DNA from: the human T2T-CHM13v2.0 reference genome, Homo sapiens | Length of the DNA: 64,000 nt | Assembly: GCF_009914755.1 (NCBI RefSeq) | Contig: NC_060927.1 | Reading direction: 5' to 3' (one strand) | Shown here: positions 61,150 through 64,000 of the stretch, in pieces | Numbering within the stretch: position 1 is the first letter of the stretch | Layout of the letters: every line of letters starts with the position of its first letter | Notes under the pieces: model-generated | The model's input: the letters and a program-made list of their open reading frames with translations, nothing else | The model's database searches: none | Told to the model about the DNA's origin: nothing | Made by a program: the position numbers and the translations under genes

Positions 61150-62000
61150 TACACAGTGGAGTGTAGGTCGAGCGACAAGTGAGTAGATCTGCATGCCAGG
61201 TGGGCCGAGGGTGGCCATTCCGGCGTGAGTGTGGGGGTGTGAGGGAACGTTGCATGGGGTGCACGTGGGCTGGGTGTGGCGTGCAGCGGTGTGGCGCCAG
61301 GCAGGCAGCTTGGCGGGGCCCACAATCAGCGCGGTTGAGACCATTAGTACGGTTAAAACCGTTAGCTGCCTGTCGCGGCGAGGGCGGGGCCCTGGGGACT
61401 GGACGGAATCCCAGTTGGTCAGAGGAGACCCTGGGGGCGGGGCCGCGCGAGTTGCCGTTAGGACAGTTAAAACCGTTAGCTGCCTGTCGTGGCGGGGCGG
61501 GGCCCTGGGACAGGACGGAATCCCTATTGGTCAGAAGAGGACCTGGGGGCGGGGCCGCGCGTGCCGTTGCAGAGGCAGCGGGACGCGGCCACCTCGAAGC
61601 CACGTCAGGGCAGCCCCAGGTCGGGCGCGTGCCAGCAGCCAGAGGTGGGGACAGGAGGGCTTTGGGCAGGGTGGGTTGGGGAAAGGCGGGGGGAGGGGCT
61701 GAGGAGCCGGATGGGGCCGTGGGTCTGGGTTCAGGATACCAGCGGTCCTCCCGGGCTTTCCCGGGACGTTGGTCTTGTAGTCCCTCCCCTGCCCTTTCTT
61801 TCCCTATGGCGATGGCCGCTCTGGCTCTTGAAGGAGGCTTCACTTCCGCGCTTATCCTTGGAGAGCAGTTTTCATCCGATTCGCAGGGGTCCGCGACCTC
61901 CTATCCCAGATCCCCGCCTGGAGTTGAGGAGTGAGACCGGGTACGCCCCGGGAGCCAGAGTGAGCGGAGACCCAGAGAAGCCCGCTGGGATTTCTCTTTG
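61150..62000 (+). promoter_or_regulatory. IHO1: CpG-island promoter / 5' non-coding exons, probably of IHO1 (CCDC36)
   Basis: CpG island with GC boxes, CCAAT, E-box and MYB motifs; candidate donors aa|gtgagt (~61179) and gag|gtgggg (~61645). The gene name rests on recalled gene order only; no IHO1 coding sequence is visible in the window. Confidence 0.65.
61341..61569. repeat. Two-copy tandem repeat, ~114-bp period
   Basis: gttaaaaccgttagctgcctgtcg...ggacggaatccc...ttggtcaga...ctgggggcggggccgcgcg occurs twice. Confidence 0.92.
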
Positions 62001-62263
62001 ATTATGAGTAGGGAAAACCCTGTGAGGCCTCTGGAAAGACATCAGAAGGATTTAGTCTAGGAGCTCAGAGCGTGTCTCCAGGTGGAGAAGAGGCGGAAAA
62101 TGAGAGAGGCGGCCGGCCATTAGTGTTTGAGGCGGGCCGGTGGCCACAGGGGGCCTGAAGTCTGAGTAAGAGACCTGATTTTTTCTGCTAGAACTTTCTG
62201 CAGTGGAGGAACGGGAGGGGCACCTGGAGGGCCTCACATCGCAGCCTCAAGAATCTCGCAGTA

Positions 62264-64000
<1,737 letters not shown>

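Noticed and set aside
61097-62001. Overlapping 248-, 251- and 170-aa ORFs at the right-hand CpG island
   Set aside because: GC-rich, stop-poor sequence; low-complexity Pro/Arg/Gly products; the repeated peptide only reflects the DNA duplication.

Overview
Human genomic DNA, which I recognise as the 3p21.31 interval between LAMB2 and IHO1. It is GC-rich and extremely Alu-dense. Three protein-coding genes can be rebuilt exon by exon: CCDC71 (- strand, 467 aa, single coding exon), KLHDC8B (+ strand, 354 aa, 5 coding exons) and C3orf84/CIMIP7 (- strand, 204 aa, 4 exons). The CpG-island promoter at the right end is probably that of IHO1/CCDC36. The main result is that the first ~23 kb hold a colinear, intron-containing fossil laminin-beta gene on the - strand. 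It has 23 recognisable exon remnants running from the signal/LN domain through LE1-5, L4/LF and LE6-13 into the coiled coil. That is far more than the ~1.5 kb I recall being annotated as LAMB2P1, and four exons are split by Alu or MER11 insertions with intact target-site duplications. Other observations: a spliced uORF ending 4 nt before the CCDC71 start; three uORFs in KLHDC8B; a MIR-derived poly(A) signal; a ~290-bp duplication bracketing the last C3orf84 exon; a candidate alternative terminal exon and a sense LTR12 in C3orf84; and a tandemly duplicated MYB-site module in the IHO1 promoter. All translations and alignments were done by eye, and gene names come from recognising the sequences, not from a database search.
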